Shown piece by piece: positions 28,850 to 39,111 of a DNA stretch of 64,000 bases. A model generated the notes under the pieces. The model saw only the letters and a list, made by a program, of their open reading frames with translations, made no database searches and had not been told where the DNA came from. Position 1 is the first letter of the stretch. The number at the start of each line of letters is the position of its first letter. Both the position numbers and the translations under genes were made by a program. The stretch comes from Nitrospirota bacterium (lineage in GTDB: Bacteria; Nitrospirota; UBA9217), in the NCBI GenBank assembly GCA_963840455.1, contig CAWIYV010000001.1:288001-352000 (forward strand), in the 5' to 3' direction.

Positions 28850-29946
28850 CAACCATGTGGGAACGGCTCAACAACTGGCTGGAAGTGCGGATCGGGGTCG
28901 ATGACCTGATCAGGTCGCAGGTCACCGAGTACCGGGTGCCGAAGAACATCAATATCTTCTACACCTTCGGATTCGTGGCTGCGGTCGGCTACCTGATCCA
29001 GATCCTTTCCGGGATCATGCTGCTCATCTATTACGTTCCCCATCCTGACCATGCCTTCCGGAGCGTCCAGGACATCATGCTCAAGGTCCCCTACGGCTGG
29101 CTTTTCCGGCAGATGCATGTCATGGGCAGCAACCTCATGATCGCCGCGATCGGGCTCCACATGCTCACGGTTTTCGTCATGGGGAATTACAAGCGGCCGC
29201 GGGAGCTCACCTGGGTCGGCGGCGCGCTCCTGTTCTCCGTGACCATCGCCTTCGGGTTCAGCGGCTATCTCCTGCCCTGGACCCAGCTGAGCTACTGGGC
29301 GACCACGGTGGTGACTTCCATCCCGACCGCCGTCCCCGTGGTCGGCGATTTCGTGGCCCGGATCCTGCGGGGCGGCGACCAGGTGACCGGGGCGACGCTC
29401 AGCAGGTTCTTCGCTTTCCATGTATCGATCCTCCCGCCCCTGTTCCTGCTCCTCGCGGGATTCCACCTCTTCCTGGTCAAGCGGATCGGCATCTCGGCGA
29501 CGCCCTTCGGCCTGCCGGCCGAGGAGAAACGGCCATGGACCGAATATCACAAGAAGAGCCATGTGGACGGCTATCCGTACTATCCCCGGTTCTTCCAGAT
29601 GGACATGCTCATGGTCATGGTCTATCTGGCCGTCATGTTCTTCCTGATCACGTTCCTGCCGAACGTCTTCTTCCCTGCGGATGCCACGATACCCGCGGAC
29701 CCCTTCAAGACACCGGTCAGCGTCCGTCCGGAATGGTACCTGCTCGCGCAATATCAGCTGCTCAAGATCATCCCGAACAAGTTCTTCGGGATCATCATCC
29801 AACTGGTCCTGTTCACCCTCTTCCTCCTCTGGCCGTTCTTCGATACGGAGAAGGAAAAGAACATCATGAAACGGCCCATGCTGCGCGTCCTCTTCCTCTT
29901 TGCCTTCATCTTGTGGGTGATCCTCATGTTCTGGGGGAGGTCTTGA
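28846..29946 (+). CDS. Cytochrome b (b6-type N-terminal part fused to subunit-IV-like part)
   Basis: Four heme-ligating His, GYLLPW..LSYWA, RPEWY Qo motif. Confidence 0.95.
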   Translation: MTTMWERLNNWLEVRIGVDDLIRSQVTEYRVPKNINIFYTFGFVAAVGYLIQILSGIMLLIYYVPHPDHAFRSVQDIMLKVPYGWLFRQMHVMGSNLMIAAIGLHMLTVFVMGNYKRPRELTWVGGALLFSVTIAFGFSGYLLPWTQLSYWATTVVTSIPTAVPVVGDFVARILRGGDQVTGATLSRFFAFHVSILPPLFLLLAGFHLFLVKRIGISATPFGLPAEEKRPWTEYHKKSHVDGYPYYPRFFQMDMLMVMVYLAVMFFLITFLPNVFFPADATIPADPFKTPVSVRPEWYLLAQYQLLKIIPNKFFGIIIQLVLFTLFLLWPFFDTEKEKNIMKRPMLRVLFLFAFILWVILMFWGRS

Positions 29947-30797
29947 TGCGGTACCTTGTTCTGTCCCTGATGATGATCGTAAGCCTCCCCTCGTTCGCGG
30001 CGGCAGGATACCAGGAGGATTTCGCCCGGGAGTTCCTGTCCAAGACCTGGATGGGCGAGCGGATCGAGGAGAACGCCTGCATCGACTGCCACTCCTCGGA
30101 ACAGATGAAACCGTCCTTCAGGGACATCCCCGATGAATGGAAGAAGAGCTGGCATGCCCAGAACAACATATCCTGCAACGACTGCCACGGCGGGGACCCG
30201 AAGGACCCCTCGGTGTCCATGACGCACCAGCGGGGCTTCGTCGGCGCCCCTGCGCCGCGCCAGGTTCCCGAGTTCTGCGGAAAATGCCACATCGGCATCC
30301 TGAAGAACTACCTGGAGAGCGGCCACGGGAAAGCCCTCCGTTCCACCGGCAAAGGTCCGCATTGCGTGGTCTGCCACGGATCACACAATATCCAGCGGGC
30401 GAACATCGAGATCATCAACGAACAGCGGTGCACGAAATGCCATACCTACGAGCGGGCAAAGGTCATGAAGCAGGCATTGTTCCTCGTGGAGAAGAAGGCG
30501 GGGGAGATCGAGGACGGGATCAAGGCACTGCGGCGCGCCGGCATCTATCCGGCGGAGCAGGAGCGGGCGCTGTTCAACACCGAGGTGGAGTTCCGGACCC
30601 TCTTCCATACGGTCGACGTGTCCCTGGTCAACGAGCGTACCGATGAGTTCACCCGCAAGCTGGGCGCCATCGAGAAGGACATCCAGGACACGTTCATCGA
30701 ACTGCGGTCCCACAGAAATTTCTCTGCGTTCCTCATGATGCTCTTCATCGGCATGGGCATCACGATCTACCTGCTTCACCAAACGAAGGACAAATAA
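29946..30797 (+). CDS. Pentaheme cytochrome c with C-terminal membrane anchor
   Basis: ATG overlapping the cyt b stop; signal peptide; 5 CxxCH; C-terminal TM. Confidence 0.9.
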   Translation: MRYLVLSLMMIVSLPSFAAAGYQEDFAREFLSKTWMGERIEENACIDCHSSEQMKPSFRDIPDEWKKSWHAQNNISCNDCHGGDPKDPSVSMTHQRGFVGAPAPRQVPEFCGKCHIGILKNYLESGHGKALRSTGKGPHCVVCHGSHNIQRANIEIINEQRCTKCHTYERAKVMKQALFLVEKKAGEIEDGIKALRRAGIYPAEQERALFNTEVEFRTLFHTVDVSLVNERTDEFTRKLGAIEKDIQDTFIELRSHRNFSAFLMMLFIGMGITIYLLHQTKDK

Positions 30798-30855
30798 TCC
30801 TGAGCCGGGCAGAGGGACGCTGTGGTCCGTCCGGGAGCAAGTCGCATAAAACAAC

Positions 30856-30886
30856 AAAAGGAGCAGCGGCCATCGCTGCTCCTTTT
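30856..30886. terminator. Bidirectional terminator between convergent operons
   Basis: aaaaggagcagcg-gccat-cgctgctcctttt. Confidence 0.85.
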
Positions 30887-30971
30887 ATAATTTACGCGCC
30901 TGCCCCGCAGACATCCCTGCAGGCCGTCCCTGCAGCACCACCCGTGTCCACCCGAGAGAAGATGTCCCTCG

Positions 30972-32189
30972 CTACTGCCCCTTCGTCTCGAACCGCAGTT
31001 TCCCGGTATAGATGGGGATCGCGAACTTGAGCAGGACCGTGTAGAGAAGCGCTCCTGCAGCCCAGATGCCCATGGCGGTGATGATCTCGGGGGTCGTGGG
31101 CGTATACTCGTAGATCTCACCGAGCGTGTCGGGAATGAAGCCCGGGACGATGAGCCCCATGCCTTTTTCGATGTACACCCCGATGATGACAAAAATGCAG
31201 CCCATGTTGAGCGTGGTGAAGTTCTCCCGCGTCCGCGGGAAGAGGAACAGGAAGAACGCCGAGATGTTGAGCGCGCTTGCGAACCACATCCAGGGCACAA
31301 GCGCGCTCTTGCCGTGCAGGCCGAAATAGAGATACTGCATGGGATAGGAGTGGATGCTGCCGGAATAGAACTCTTTGAACGCCTCGGCGCCGAGGAGAAA
31401 GAGGTTCACGCCCATGGCATAGGCGATGAGCTCGGCGATCTTGAAGATCGCTCGGTTGTCGATCTCCACCTCTGATTTTTTCCGGATGATCTGGAACAGC
31501 ACGATCATGATGGCAGGACCGGAGCAGAACGCCGAGGCGAGGAAGCGCGGCGCGAGAATCGAGGCGTTCCAGAAGGGCCTGGCCGACAGGCCATTATACA
31601 GGAATGCCGTTACCGTGTGGATGCTCACAGCCCAGGGAATGGACAGGATGATGAGCGGCCCGATGACCGACATGCTGTATTCCTTCCCGATGGAAAGGCG
31701 GTAGAGCACGTAGAACGCGATGACCGCGTTGATCGCCAGATACCCGTTCAGGACCACGACGTCCCAGGCAAGCAGTGACGAGGGAAAGTTCATCGTCCCC
31801 AGGACCGGCAAAATATGCCAGACCCGCAGCGGCTGGCCCATGTCCACCATGATGAAGAGGATGCACATGGTGATCGCCGTGATAGCCAGGAGCTCTCCGA
31901 AGAGCACGATCTCCTTGATGGGCTTGAAGTTATAGAGATAGGCGGGGACCACGAGCAGCACGGCCGCTGCCGCGACGCCAACGAGAAACGTGAAATTCGA
32001 TATATAGAACCCCCAGGAGACCTGGTCCCGCATCGCCGTCGTGATCAGGCCCCGCTGAAGCTGGTCGCTATAGGTACTGAGGCCGAGCAGGATGAAGGCG
32101 GACAGGAAGGCGATCCAGAGATAGTAGGCGGTATTCCCGATGAACACCTGACGGGCCGCGGTAAAGAAGTTCCTCACAAGATGGTTCAT
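30972..32189 (-). CDS. NrfD/PsrC/DsrP-family integral membrane quinol-interacting subunit
   Basis: WGFYISNFTFLVGVAA, VDMGQP, SIHTVTAFL, PRFLASAF, YTPT..EI. Confidence 0.92.
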   Translation of the reverse strand: MNHLVRNFFTAARQVFIGNTAYYLWIAFLSAFILLGLSTYSDQLQRGLITTAMRDQVSWGFYISNFTFLVGVAAAAVLLVVPAYLYNFKPIKEIVLFGELLAITAITMCILFIMVDMGQPLRVWHILPVLGTMNFPSSLLAWDVVVLNGYLAINAVIAFYVLYRLSIGKEYSMSVIGPLIILSIPWAVSIHTVTAFLYNGLSARPFWNASILAPRFLASAFCSGPAIMIVLFQIIRKKSEVEIDNRAIFKIAELIAYAMGVNLFLLGAEAFKEFYSGSIHSYPMQYLYFGLHGKSALVPWMWFASALNISAFFLFLFPRTRENFTTLNMGCIFVIIGVYIEKGMGLIVPGFIPDTLGEIYEYTPTTPEIITAMGIWAAGALLYTVLLKFAIPIYTGKLRFETKGQ

Positions 32190-32238
32190 AGCCGTTCCCC
32201 CCGTTACGACCTTCGAGAGCGTCGTCCTCTGACAGCGC

Positions 32239-33159
32239 TCATACTCCGTAGGCGAAGAAGTAATAGAACTTGGGATAAGTGTTCAGGTCCTCTTTCAGCC
32301 GGAAGACCCGCTTGTGCTCGATGGCATAGCGGATCTCGCTGTCCGGGTCGAGGAGGTTTCCGAACTTCCTCGCGCCCACCGGGCAGGCCTCGACGCAGGC
32401 GGGATATCTGCCGTTCCGGGTCCGCTGGATGCAGAAGGTGCACTTCTCCACAACGCCCTTGTACCGCGGCCGATTGCCGAGATAATGGGTATTCGGGTTC
32501 ATCTCTTCCGGCTTCCGGTTCGGTTCCGCCCAGTTGAACCTTCTTGCCCCATAGGGACAAGCGGCCATGCAGTACCGGCAGCCGATGCACCAATTGTAGT
32601 CTATCACCACAATGCCGTCGGGGTCCTTCCACGTTGCCTGGGTCGGGCAGACCCTCACGCAGGGGGGGTTCTCGCACTGCTGGCACTGGACGGGCATGTA
32701 GAAATATTCCGGCTCCGGAACCAGGGGCGGATTATAGTATTTTTCCGATTCCTCGAGGTCCACCCATTTCTCGCCCTTCTTGAACCGCAGGACCGTGATC
32801 CAGTGGATCTGGGGGTCCTTGGACTGGTTGTTCTCATCCACGCAAGCGTACTCGCACCGCCGGCAACCGATGCAGCGGGAGAGATCGAGGCCATACCCGA
32901 ACTGCACTCCCGGCAGGGCCTTTTCGTTCCCGACGGTGATCTGCTTCTTGTACTTCTGCTCATATTCTTTTTCCAGGCGTTGGAGAACCTGCTTGATCTC
33001 GTCTTCGTTCATCTCGCGGAAATGCTTCTGGAAGAACGAATCCCAGAGCGAGGCATCGGCGTCAGCGCCGGGGAGCGCCGCTGCGGCAAGGCCGAGGGCG
33101 GCGCCTTTCAGGAAGGTCCTGCGATGGACGCCGCGTTCATGTTTGTTCTCTGAGCTCAT
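32239..33159 (-). CDS. Tat-exported 4Fe-4S dicluster protein (NrfC/DsrO-like)
   Basis: RRTFLK; CIGCRRC, CQQCENPPCVRVCP, CIGCRYCMAACP, KCTFC..PACVEACP. Confidence 0.93.
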   Translation of the reverse strand: MSSENKHERGVHRRTFLKGAALGLAAAALPGADADASLWDSFFQKHFREMNEDEIKQVLQRLEKEYEQKYKKQITVGNEKALPGVQFGYGLDLSRCIGCRRCEYACVDENNQSKDPQIHWITVLRFKKGEKWVDLEESEKYYNPPLVPEPEYFYMPVQCQQCENPPCVRVCPTQATWKDPDGIVVIDYNWCIGCRYCMAACPYGARRFNWAEPNRKPEEMNPNTHYLGNRPRYKGVVEKCTFCIQRTRNGRYPACVEACPVGARKFGNLLDPDSEIRYAIEHKRVFRLKEDLNTYPKFYYFFAYGV

Positions 33160-33183
33160 GGGTCACCTCACTGTCAGCGCAGG

Positions 33184-33720
33184 TTATTTGATGTCCGAAG
33201 GCTTTACCGGCGGCGGAAGCGGTTTGAGCGGTTTGAACCGGGGGTCGTGGGGCCAGTGGCAGTGAACGCAGAGCCGGTACTGCTTCTCGCCGTTCCACAT
33301 CCCCGTCCGTTTCCCGTGCAGCCCCGCCTTCCATTCCCGCAGGATGGTGCCGTGGCACTGGCCGCAGAGGTTGTATGATTCCTCGAAGCGCACGATCTTT
33401 CCATTGGCAAGACGCAGGGTGTCCCGGTTGTTCGGATTGTGGCAATCAAAGCACCAGCCCCCGGGCATGTGTTTGAGCACAATATTCTGATGCATGTCAG
33501 CGAGCTTTCGCGGGGTCCGGTTCACCGGCATCCCCGCATGGCACTGCGAGCAGGGGAAAATGCCTTCCGAGAAGGGCGGAGGCGGCACGAGGAACTTCTT
33601 TGGGACGTCCTGCTCCGCTCCCGGTGCGGACACGACCGTTCCCAGAAGCATGAGCGCGCCCAAGAGCGTCGCGCCTGCCAGGGCAAGGACCTTCTTTGCA
33701 GTATGCATGTCGGCGTCCAC
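33184..33720 (-). CDS. Tetraheme cytochrome c
   Basis: Signal peptide; CSQCH, CFDCH, CGQCH, CVHCH. Confidence 0.9.
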   Translation of the reverse strand: MDADMHTAKKVLALAGATLLGALMLLGTVVSAPGAEQDVPKKFLVPPPPFSEGIFPCSQCHAGMPVNRTPRKLADMHQNIVLKHMPGGWCFDCHNPNNRDTLRLANGKIVRFEESYNLCGQCHGTILREWKAGLHGKRTGMWNGEKQYRLCVHCHWPHDPRFKPLKPLPPPVKPSDIK

Positions 33721-33773
33721 CTCCCGAATCCGGGTCCCTCCTGCGAGGAGGTCCGGCCGCTACCCGGCCGGTG

Positions 33774-35021
33774 TCAATGGGCTTCCTTGGACGGGAAGAC
33801 CGGGAAGACCTTGGCGATGAAATAGAACAGTACAAAAGGCAGGATAAAGATGCTGAGCGCGCCGCCCAGCCCTTCCTTGAACGTCTCCCAGTCATGGGGA
33901 ATGATCGGCAGATGGTAATGCATGAAGCCCGCAAAAGTGAGCGAGAACGCCTGGCCGCCGATCACCACGTTCCACCGCATCATGAACACGCCGAACAGCA
34001 CGAGCAGGACGCCGAGGACGGCCCTCCGGACCGTCAGGCCGGGCGACAGGAACAGGATGAGCGGGATAAGGTTTCCGATCCCGTACTGCATGACGAAGAT
34101 GTCATAGAAGTCCCGTTCATAGATGATCGTGCGGAGCACATCCCAGGACTTGACCGCCGTGTACCCCCGGAAGATGAGGTCCAGAAGCTCGAGGCTGATG
34201 GCGAAGATAAGGAAGAAGACAAGGTACTTCGCCGTCATCTTGACGACATGGAGTTCGACCCCCTTCACCTCCTCCAGCGATGTCTCCCATCGTTTACGCG
34301 CCCGTTTGATCGCGAACTTCCGGTACTCCATCACAACGATGTAGGTGAGCATGCACAGGGCGATGCCCGACACGATCGCCGACATGATGAAGATGACCGG
34401 CATGAGAGGCGTCATCCAGAGGGCATTTGCTTTCACCGAGCCGAAGATGAATCCGGCGTAGCCGTGCAGGAAGCAGGCCACGGGGATGCCGAAGCCGGCC
34501 AGCACCTTTATCGCCTTCTCGTCGCGGTGGAGCGCCTGCTCGCTGATATCATAGGCGCCCAGGGTAAGCGCCGTGTACAGGAGATACTCCATCCACTGAA
34601 GCATGGTTTTGTCCTGCATATCCCGCAGGGCGACCGCTTTGATGACGAAGTGCTTGCGGTAAAGGAACCAGAGCTCCGAGGCCACGATGGCGCCGTAGGT
34701 GAAGAACACGATGCCGAAAGCGGCGATGGCAGAGGTGAAATGCGAGGTCATCATCACGTTGATCCCCCGGAAGGGGAACTGGAGGTGCAGCATGATCGGC
34801 ATGGGAGCGACGAACAGGAGGGCGAAGGAGAACACCAGGGCGAACCGCGCAATGTCCTTGAGCTCCTTGATGCCGAAGACATGGTACAGCGACGACAGCA
34901 CGAAGGCGCCGGCAACGAGCCCGGTCATGAACGGATACATCACGATCTGGACGCTCCAGTAAATGTACTCGTTCGGCGTGACGAACAGTTCCTTCAGGGT
35001 CCATACTTCTCCGTGTACCAT
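33774..35021 (-). CDS. NrfD-family integral membrane subunit
   Basis: WSVQIVMYPFMTGLVAGAF, LHGYAGFIFG, MRWNVVIGGQ; many TMs. Confidence 0.9.
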   Translation of the reverse strand: MVHGEVWTLKELFVTPNEYIYWSVQIVMYPFMTGLVAGAFVLSSLYHVFGIKELKDIARFALVFSFALLFVAPMPIMLHLQFPFRGINVMMTSHFTSAIAAFGIVFFTYGAIVASELWFLYRKHFVIKAVALRDMQDKTMLQWMEYLLYTALTLGAYDISEQALHRDEKAIKVLAGFGIPVACFLHGYAGFIFGSVKANALWMTPLMPVIFIMSAIVSGIALCMLTYIVVMEYRKFAIKRARKRWETSLEEVKGVELHVVKMTAKYLVFFLIFAISLELLDLIFRGYTAVKSWDVLRTIIYERDFYDIFVMQYGIGNLIPLILFLSPGLTVRRAVLGVLLVLFGVFMMRWNVVIGGQAFSLTFAGFMHYHLPIIPHDWETFKEGLGGALSIFILPFVLFYFIAKVFPVFPSKEAH

Positions 35022-35023
35022 GG

Positions 35024-35809
35024 CTAACGCACCTCCTCATCCAGGCCGATATAGAAGGCCTGGGGTTTCGTACCGAATTCGCTCTTCAGCACCCCCACCC
35101 TTTCCGTCCTGATGATCTTGGTCACCGGGTCGTTGGGGTCCTTGATGTTGCCGATCTTGCGCGCACCGAAGGGACAGGCATCGACGCAGGCCGTTTTCAT
35201 CCCCTTCGTGATTCGGTGGTAGCAGAAGTTGCATTTCTCCGCCGTGTGATACACCGGGTGGAAGAACCGGACACCGTAGGGGCAGGCCATGATGCAGTAG
35301 CCGCAGCCGATGCACCAGGTCCGGTCCACGAGCACAACGCCGTCAGGTGCCTGGTAGGTGGCGCCCACGGGACAGACCTGGACGCACGGCGGGTTCTCGC
35401 ACTGGTTGCAGAGCTTGGGCACGAAATAGGCCTTTTCGATATTATCCTTCTTGATGTCCTGGTATTTGCCGAGCCCCAGGTCGATCTTCGTCGTGGTAAA
35501 ACCGTCCCGGGCCCCCTTGGGGGTGTCCGCGAAGAGCCTGCCGTCCTTCGTCAGGACGTACCGCTCCACCCAGGTCCGCGTGACGTTCGCGTCATAGGGG
35601 ATCTCGTTTTCGTTCTTGCAGGCCTTGACGCAGAATCCGCATCCCACACATTTGTAGGTATCAACGAGGAATGCCCAGCGTACCTTCGTCTTTTCCGCAG
35701 CCACCTGGGCAAAGAGCTTTTCGGGATCGATGATCTCGAACGCCGCAAGCGGCACGGCCACCCCGGCGATCGTAACCGTTTTCTTCAGGAAGTCCCTTCG
35801 AGTAATCAT
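35024..35809 (-). CDS. Tat-exported 4Fe-4S dicluster protein (NrfC-like)
   Basis: TRRDFLK; four ferredoxin-type Cys groups. Confidence 0.93.
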   Translation of the reverse strand: MITRRDFLKKTVTIAGVAVPLAAFEIIDPEKLFAQVAAEKTKVRWAFLVDTYKCVGCGFCVKACKNENEIPYDANVTRTWVERYVLTKDGRLFADTPKGARDGFTTTKIDLGLGKYQDIKKDNIEKAYFVPKLCNQCENPPCVQVCPVGATYQAPDGVVLVDRTWCIGCGYCIMACPYGVRFFHPVYHTAEKCNFCYHRITKGMKTACVDACPFGARKIGNIKDPNDPVTKIIRTERVGVLKSEFGTKPQAFYIGLDEEVR

Positions 35810-36300
35810 CTCATTCCCTCCAGGTTCGGATGGTGGGGATTATGGCACATGGCGCATTCGATGTCGGGATTATGCTTGTCCGGGTCGATGCCCTTGATCT
35901 TTGAACGTCCGCTCGAGGGATAGGGCAGCGGATAATGGCAGCGGAGGCATTGCTGCCTGCTCCGGTCGATCGTCAGCTTGGGCCGTTTGTCCGAATCGTA
36001 GTGGACGATCCCTTCCGGGGTGCCGGCAGGTCCGTGACAGTTCTCGCACTGGATGTTCTGATGCGGGGATTTTTTGATGCTGGCATAGTTCTTGTCGTGG
36101 CAGTCCTTGCAGTACTCCATCCCCTGGTATTTTACCTGGACCTTTTTCCAGTCCTCGATATTCGACTGCCGGTACCAGCCGTACATGTACCCCCGTTCAT
36201 GGACGCCGAAGTCCTTCGGTACATAGAAGGTTCTGGCCGCCAGCACGAGAACGATGATCCCGATGACGACGAACAGCGGCCTGAACACATGATTCTTCAT
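35806..36300 (-). CDS. Membrane-anchored tetraheme cytochrome c
   Basis: N-terminal TM; CKDCH, CENCH, CLRCH, CAMCH. Confidence 0.9.
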   Translation of the reverse strand: MKNHVFRPLFVVIGIIVLVLAARTFYVPKDFGVHERGYMYGWYRQSNIEDWKKVQVKYQGMEYCKDCHDKNYASIKKSPHQNIQCENCHGPAGTPEGIVHYDSDKRPKLTIDRSRQQCLRCHYPLPYPSSGRSKIKGIDPDKHNPDIECAMCHNPHHPNLEGMR

Positions 36301-36366
36301 ATACGACCTCCCCTTTCTAAAATCCTGCGCTTCGTATTGCCTGATCGATCAAGGCCAGGCCACCAC

Positions 36367-36825
36367 CTACCGTTCTCTGCCCGGTCGTTCCTGTTGTTCT
36401 TTCAAACTTGCCACCAGCCCATACCCCTGCCACAGGATGGCGCCGAAGCTGAGGGTCAATCCGATCACCAGGCCGACAAGGTGGACCCACTGGTTCTTGA
36501 TGACCACGAACAGCACGATGAAGATCGCCGAAAGCTTCAGGACATTGATCGCCGCCGCGGCGACGTTCGCCAGGATGCTCGATGTCCCCTTCCGGAGATA
36601 GACCCGTTCAACGGCATAGGCAAGCCACCGGAAATTGAGGAGTCCGAGCACCGCACCGAAGACCACGCCGAGGGGCACGGGCCATAGCGGGTAACCGGGC
36701 CAGGCGGTCATCTGGACCGCGACAACAGCAGCGATGCCGATGCCTGTGAGGAGTGCGGTCTTCCGGGCGACGCCAACGGTAACGGAATTTGCCGAGTGTT
36801 CGCGGAGATCGTCCTTATCGGTCAT
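36367..36825 (-). CDS. atpI: ATP synthase subunit I-like membrane protein
   Basis: Four TMs, G...G..LGLLNFRWL motif, directly downstream of an AtpZ-family gene. Confidence 0.7.
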   Translation of the reverse strand: MTDKDDLREHSANSVTVGVARKTALLTGIGIAAVVAVQMTAWPGYPLWPVPLGVVFGAVLGLLNFRWLAYAVERVYLRKGTSSILANVAAAAINVLKLSAIFIVLFVVIKNQWVHLVGLVIGLTLSFGAILWQGYGLVASLKEQQERPGRER

Positions 36826-37066
36826 GGTCCCTCGTGTCGTCCTTCCCGTCCAGGTCCATGAGTTTCCGGGTCTGGTCGTAGAGGTTCTTGAAGCCCGCCG
36901 CGATGCCCAGCAGAAGGAATACCAGCGTGAGCCAGGGCGTCGTGTTGAACCGGCCGTCCAGGTAATGGCCGATGAAATACCCGATGACCGTGGAAACCAC
37001 GAGAGTGATGCCCACGGTGCTCAAAGCGCCGAGCATGCGCAAGAATTTTCGGTCCTTCTCTTCCAT
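36815..37066 (-). CDS. atpZ: AtpZ/AtpI family protein
   Basis: G.FIGHYLDGRFNTTPWLTLVFLLLGIAAGF signature. Confidence 0.85.
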   Translation of the reverse strand: MEEKDRKFLRMLGALSTVGITLVVSTVIGYFIGHYLDGRFNTTPWLTLVFLLLGIAAGFKNLYDQTRKLMDLDGKDDTRDHDR

Positions 37067-37183
37067 GGTAAGATCTTGAGGTTAGGAAGACAGGAGGGCA
37101 AGAGAATAGGACGTTGGGCGCTCATACCTCACCGTTTCTCTTCCTCCTCCCTTCTTGACTTCCTACCTTCGTACCTTCAAGCC

Positions 37184-38467
37184 CTATAGCGCCCGCAGGC
37201 TCTTCCGCGCCGCTTCGACGGTCTTGTTGATGTCCGACTTCGAATGCGCCAGGGATAGGAATGCGGCCTCGAACTGCGACGGCGCCAGGTTCACGCCGTT
37301 CGCGAGCATGCTGCGGAAGAACTTTCCGAACCGCGCCGTGTCCGACGTCTTGGCGCTCGCAAAGTCCGTCACCTTCCTGTCTGTGAAGAAGGTGGTGAAC
37401 ATGGAGCCGACGCGGTTGATGGTCGTGGCGATGCCGGCCTCGTTGGCAGCCACCCGGAGCCCTTTCTCGAGGTCAGCGGATGTCCGTTCGAGCGTCTTGT
37501 ACACGCCCGGTCTTGCGAGGAGCTTCAGGGTCTCGATGCCCGCGGTCATGGCAAGGGGGTTGCCCGACAGCGTGCCCGCCTGATAGATGGGCCCCAGCGG
37601 CGAGATCTTCTCCATGATCTCCCGCTTGCCGCCGTAGGCCCCGACCGGCAGGCCGCCGCCGATCACCTTCCCCAGCGTGGTGAGGTCAGGCCTGATCTTG
37701 TAGAGCTGCTGGGCGCCGCCATAGGCTACGCGGAACCCCGTCATCACTTCGTCGAAGATGAGCACGATCCCGTACTGGTCGCAGACCTGGCGGAGCCCTT
37801 CATGGAAACCCGGCAGGGGCGGGACGCATCCCATGTTGCCGACAACGGGCTCCACGATGATGCAGGCGATCCGCTCGCCCTCCCTGCTGCAGATGTCCCG
37901 CACCGCTGCGAGGTCGTTGAACGCCACGGTCAGCGTGTGTTTCGCGAGGTCCGCGGGAACGCCGGGGCTGTCCGGCAGGCCGAAGGTCGCGACGCCGCTT
38001 CCCGCCTTTACCAGCAGGCTGTCGCCGTGACCGTGGTAGCATCCATCGAACTTGAGGATCTTGTCCCGGCCCGTGAACCCCCGGGCTGCCCGGATCGCGC
38101 TCATCGTCGCTTCGGTCCCCGAACTCACCATCCGCACAAGCTCGATGGACGGGACCGCCTTCTTCACCATCTTCGCCAGCGTGATCTCAAGCTCCGTCGG
38201 GGCACCGAAGCTCGTGCCGTTCGTGATGGCCTTCTTCAGCGCGGCCGTCACTTTCGGATGGGCGTGGCCCAGGATCGCCGGGCCCCAGGAAAGGACATAA
38301 TCGATGTAGGCCCTGCCGTCGGCGTCGTAGACCTTCGATCCCTTTGCCCGTTTGATGAAGATCGGGTCGCCGCCGACCGACCGGAACGCCCGCACAGGGC
38401 TGTTCACGCCTCCGGGGATGTGCTTCTTCGCTTCTTCGAACAGTTTCTTTGACCGTGTTCCAGACAT
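37184..38467 (-). CDS. hemL: Glutamate-1-semialdehyde 2,1-aminomutase
   Basis: [45 protein letters not shown]. Confidence 0.97.
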   Translation of the reverse strand: MSGTRSKKLFEEAKKHIPGGVNSPVRAFRSVGGDPIFIKRAKGSKVYDADGRAYIDYVLSWGPAILGHAHPKVTAALKKAITNGTSFGAPTELEITLAKMVKKAVPSIELVRMVSSGTEATMSAIRAARGFTGRDKILKFDGCYHGHGDSLLVKAGSGVATFGLPDSPGVPADLAKHTLTVAFNDLAAVRDICSREGERIACIIVEPVVGNMGCVPPLPGFHEGLRQVCDQYGIVLIFDEVMTGFRVAYGGAQQLYKIRPDLTTLGKVIGGGLPVGAYGGKREIMEKISPLGPIYQAGTLSGNPLAMTAGIETLKLLARPGVYKTLERTSADLEKGLRVAANEAGIATTINRVGSMFTTFFTDRKVTDFASAKTSDTARFGKFFRSMLANGVNLAPSQFEAAFLSLAHSKSDINKTVEAARKSLRAL

Positions 38468-38605
38468 AGTGTTCCTTTCTTCCAATGCAATGATGAATAA
38501 CAAAGACGATATGATTATATCGTATGATTTATAAAATAACCAGCCATAAGAGTCAACGAAAAAGGAAACTTTGCGGGGTAATCAGAGGTGGACAAAATAT
38601 GACAA

Positions 38606-39088
38606 TTACAATTTGGCAATAAACTCTGCAACAGCGACCGCGTCATTCCAGTCGAAGCGCGGGACCGCGACAGAGAGCGGCGCGCTGCTCACCAGCGCGA
38701 TGATGGAGCGGTCGTTCACGCACAGCGGTTGGTTCCCCGAAACGCCGCTGCGGAAGACCTCGATCTTGTTCAGCGTGTCTTTTTTGAACCCCTCGCGGAT
38801 CACGATGTCGGCATTCCCTGCGAGCGCTTCGAGGTCCTTCATCGAAGGTCCTTCCTCGATCGTTCTCATGAGCGCCAGACGGTCCGGGCCCACCAGCACT
38901 ACGGCGTCCGCCCCTGCTTCACGGAACCGCCACGAGTCCTTGCCGGGCCGGTCGAGTTCGAACCCCTTGGATGCGTGCTTGATCACCGCCACGCGCAGTC
39001 CCCGTTCTTTCAGGATGCGCACGACCTTCTCGATGATGGTTGTCTTGCCGCTGTTGGATGACGCGGCGACGAAGGAGACGATCTTCAT
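38606..39088 (-). CDS. mobB: Molybdopterin-guanine dinucleotide biosynthesis protein B
   Basis: SNSGKTT, VIKH, DRPGKDSWR..EAGA, EGFK. Confidence 0.92.
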   Translation of the reverse strand: MKIVSFVAASSNSGKTTIIEKVVRILKERGLRVAVIKHASKGFELDRPGKDSWRFREAGADAVVLVGPDRLALMRTIEEGPSMKDLEALAGNADIVIREGFKKDTLNKIEVFRSGVSGNQPLCVNDRSIIALVSSAPLSVAVPRFDWNDAVAVAEFIAKL

Positions 39089-39111
39089 GCATTCGTCCTC
39101 TCTGCCATGGA

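Noticed and set aside
32190-32241. Possible UGA (Sec) read-through fusing the FeS and NrfD genes
   Set aside because: The 49-nt spacer is out of frame and the UGA does not align with a Cys position.
30972-36300. Calling the NrfD modules dsrJOP, nrfBCD or a polysulfide reductase
   Set aside because: No dsrMK, nrfA or molybdopterin catalytic subunit is in the window; only family-level assignment is supported.
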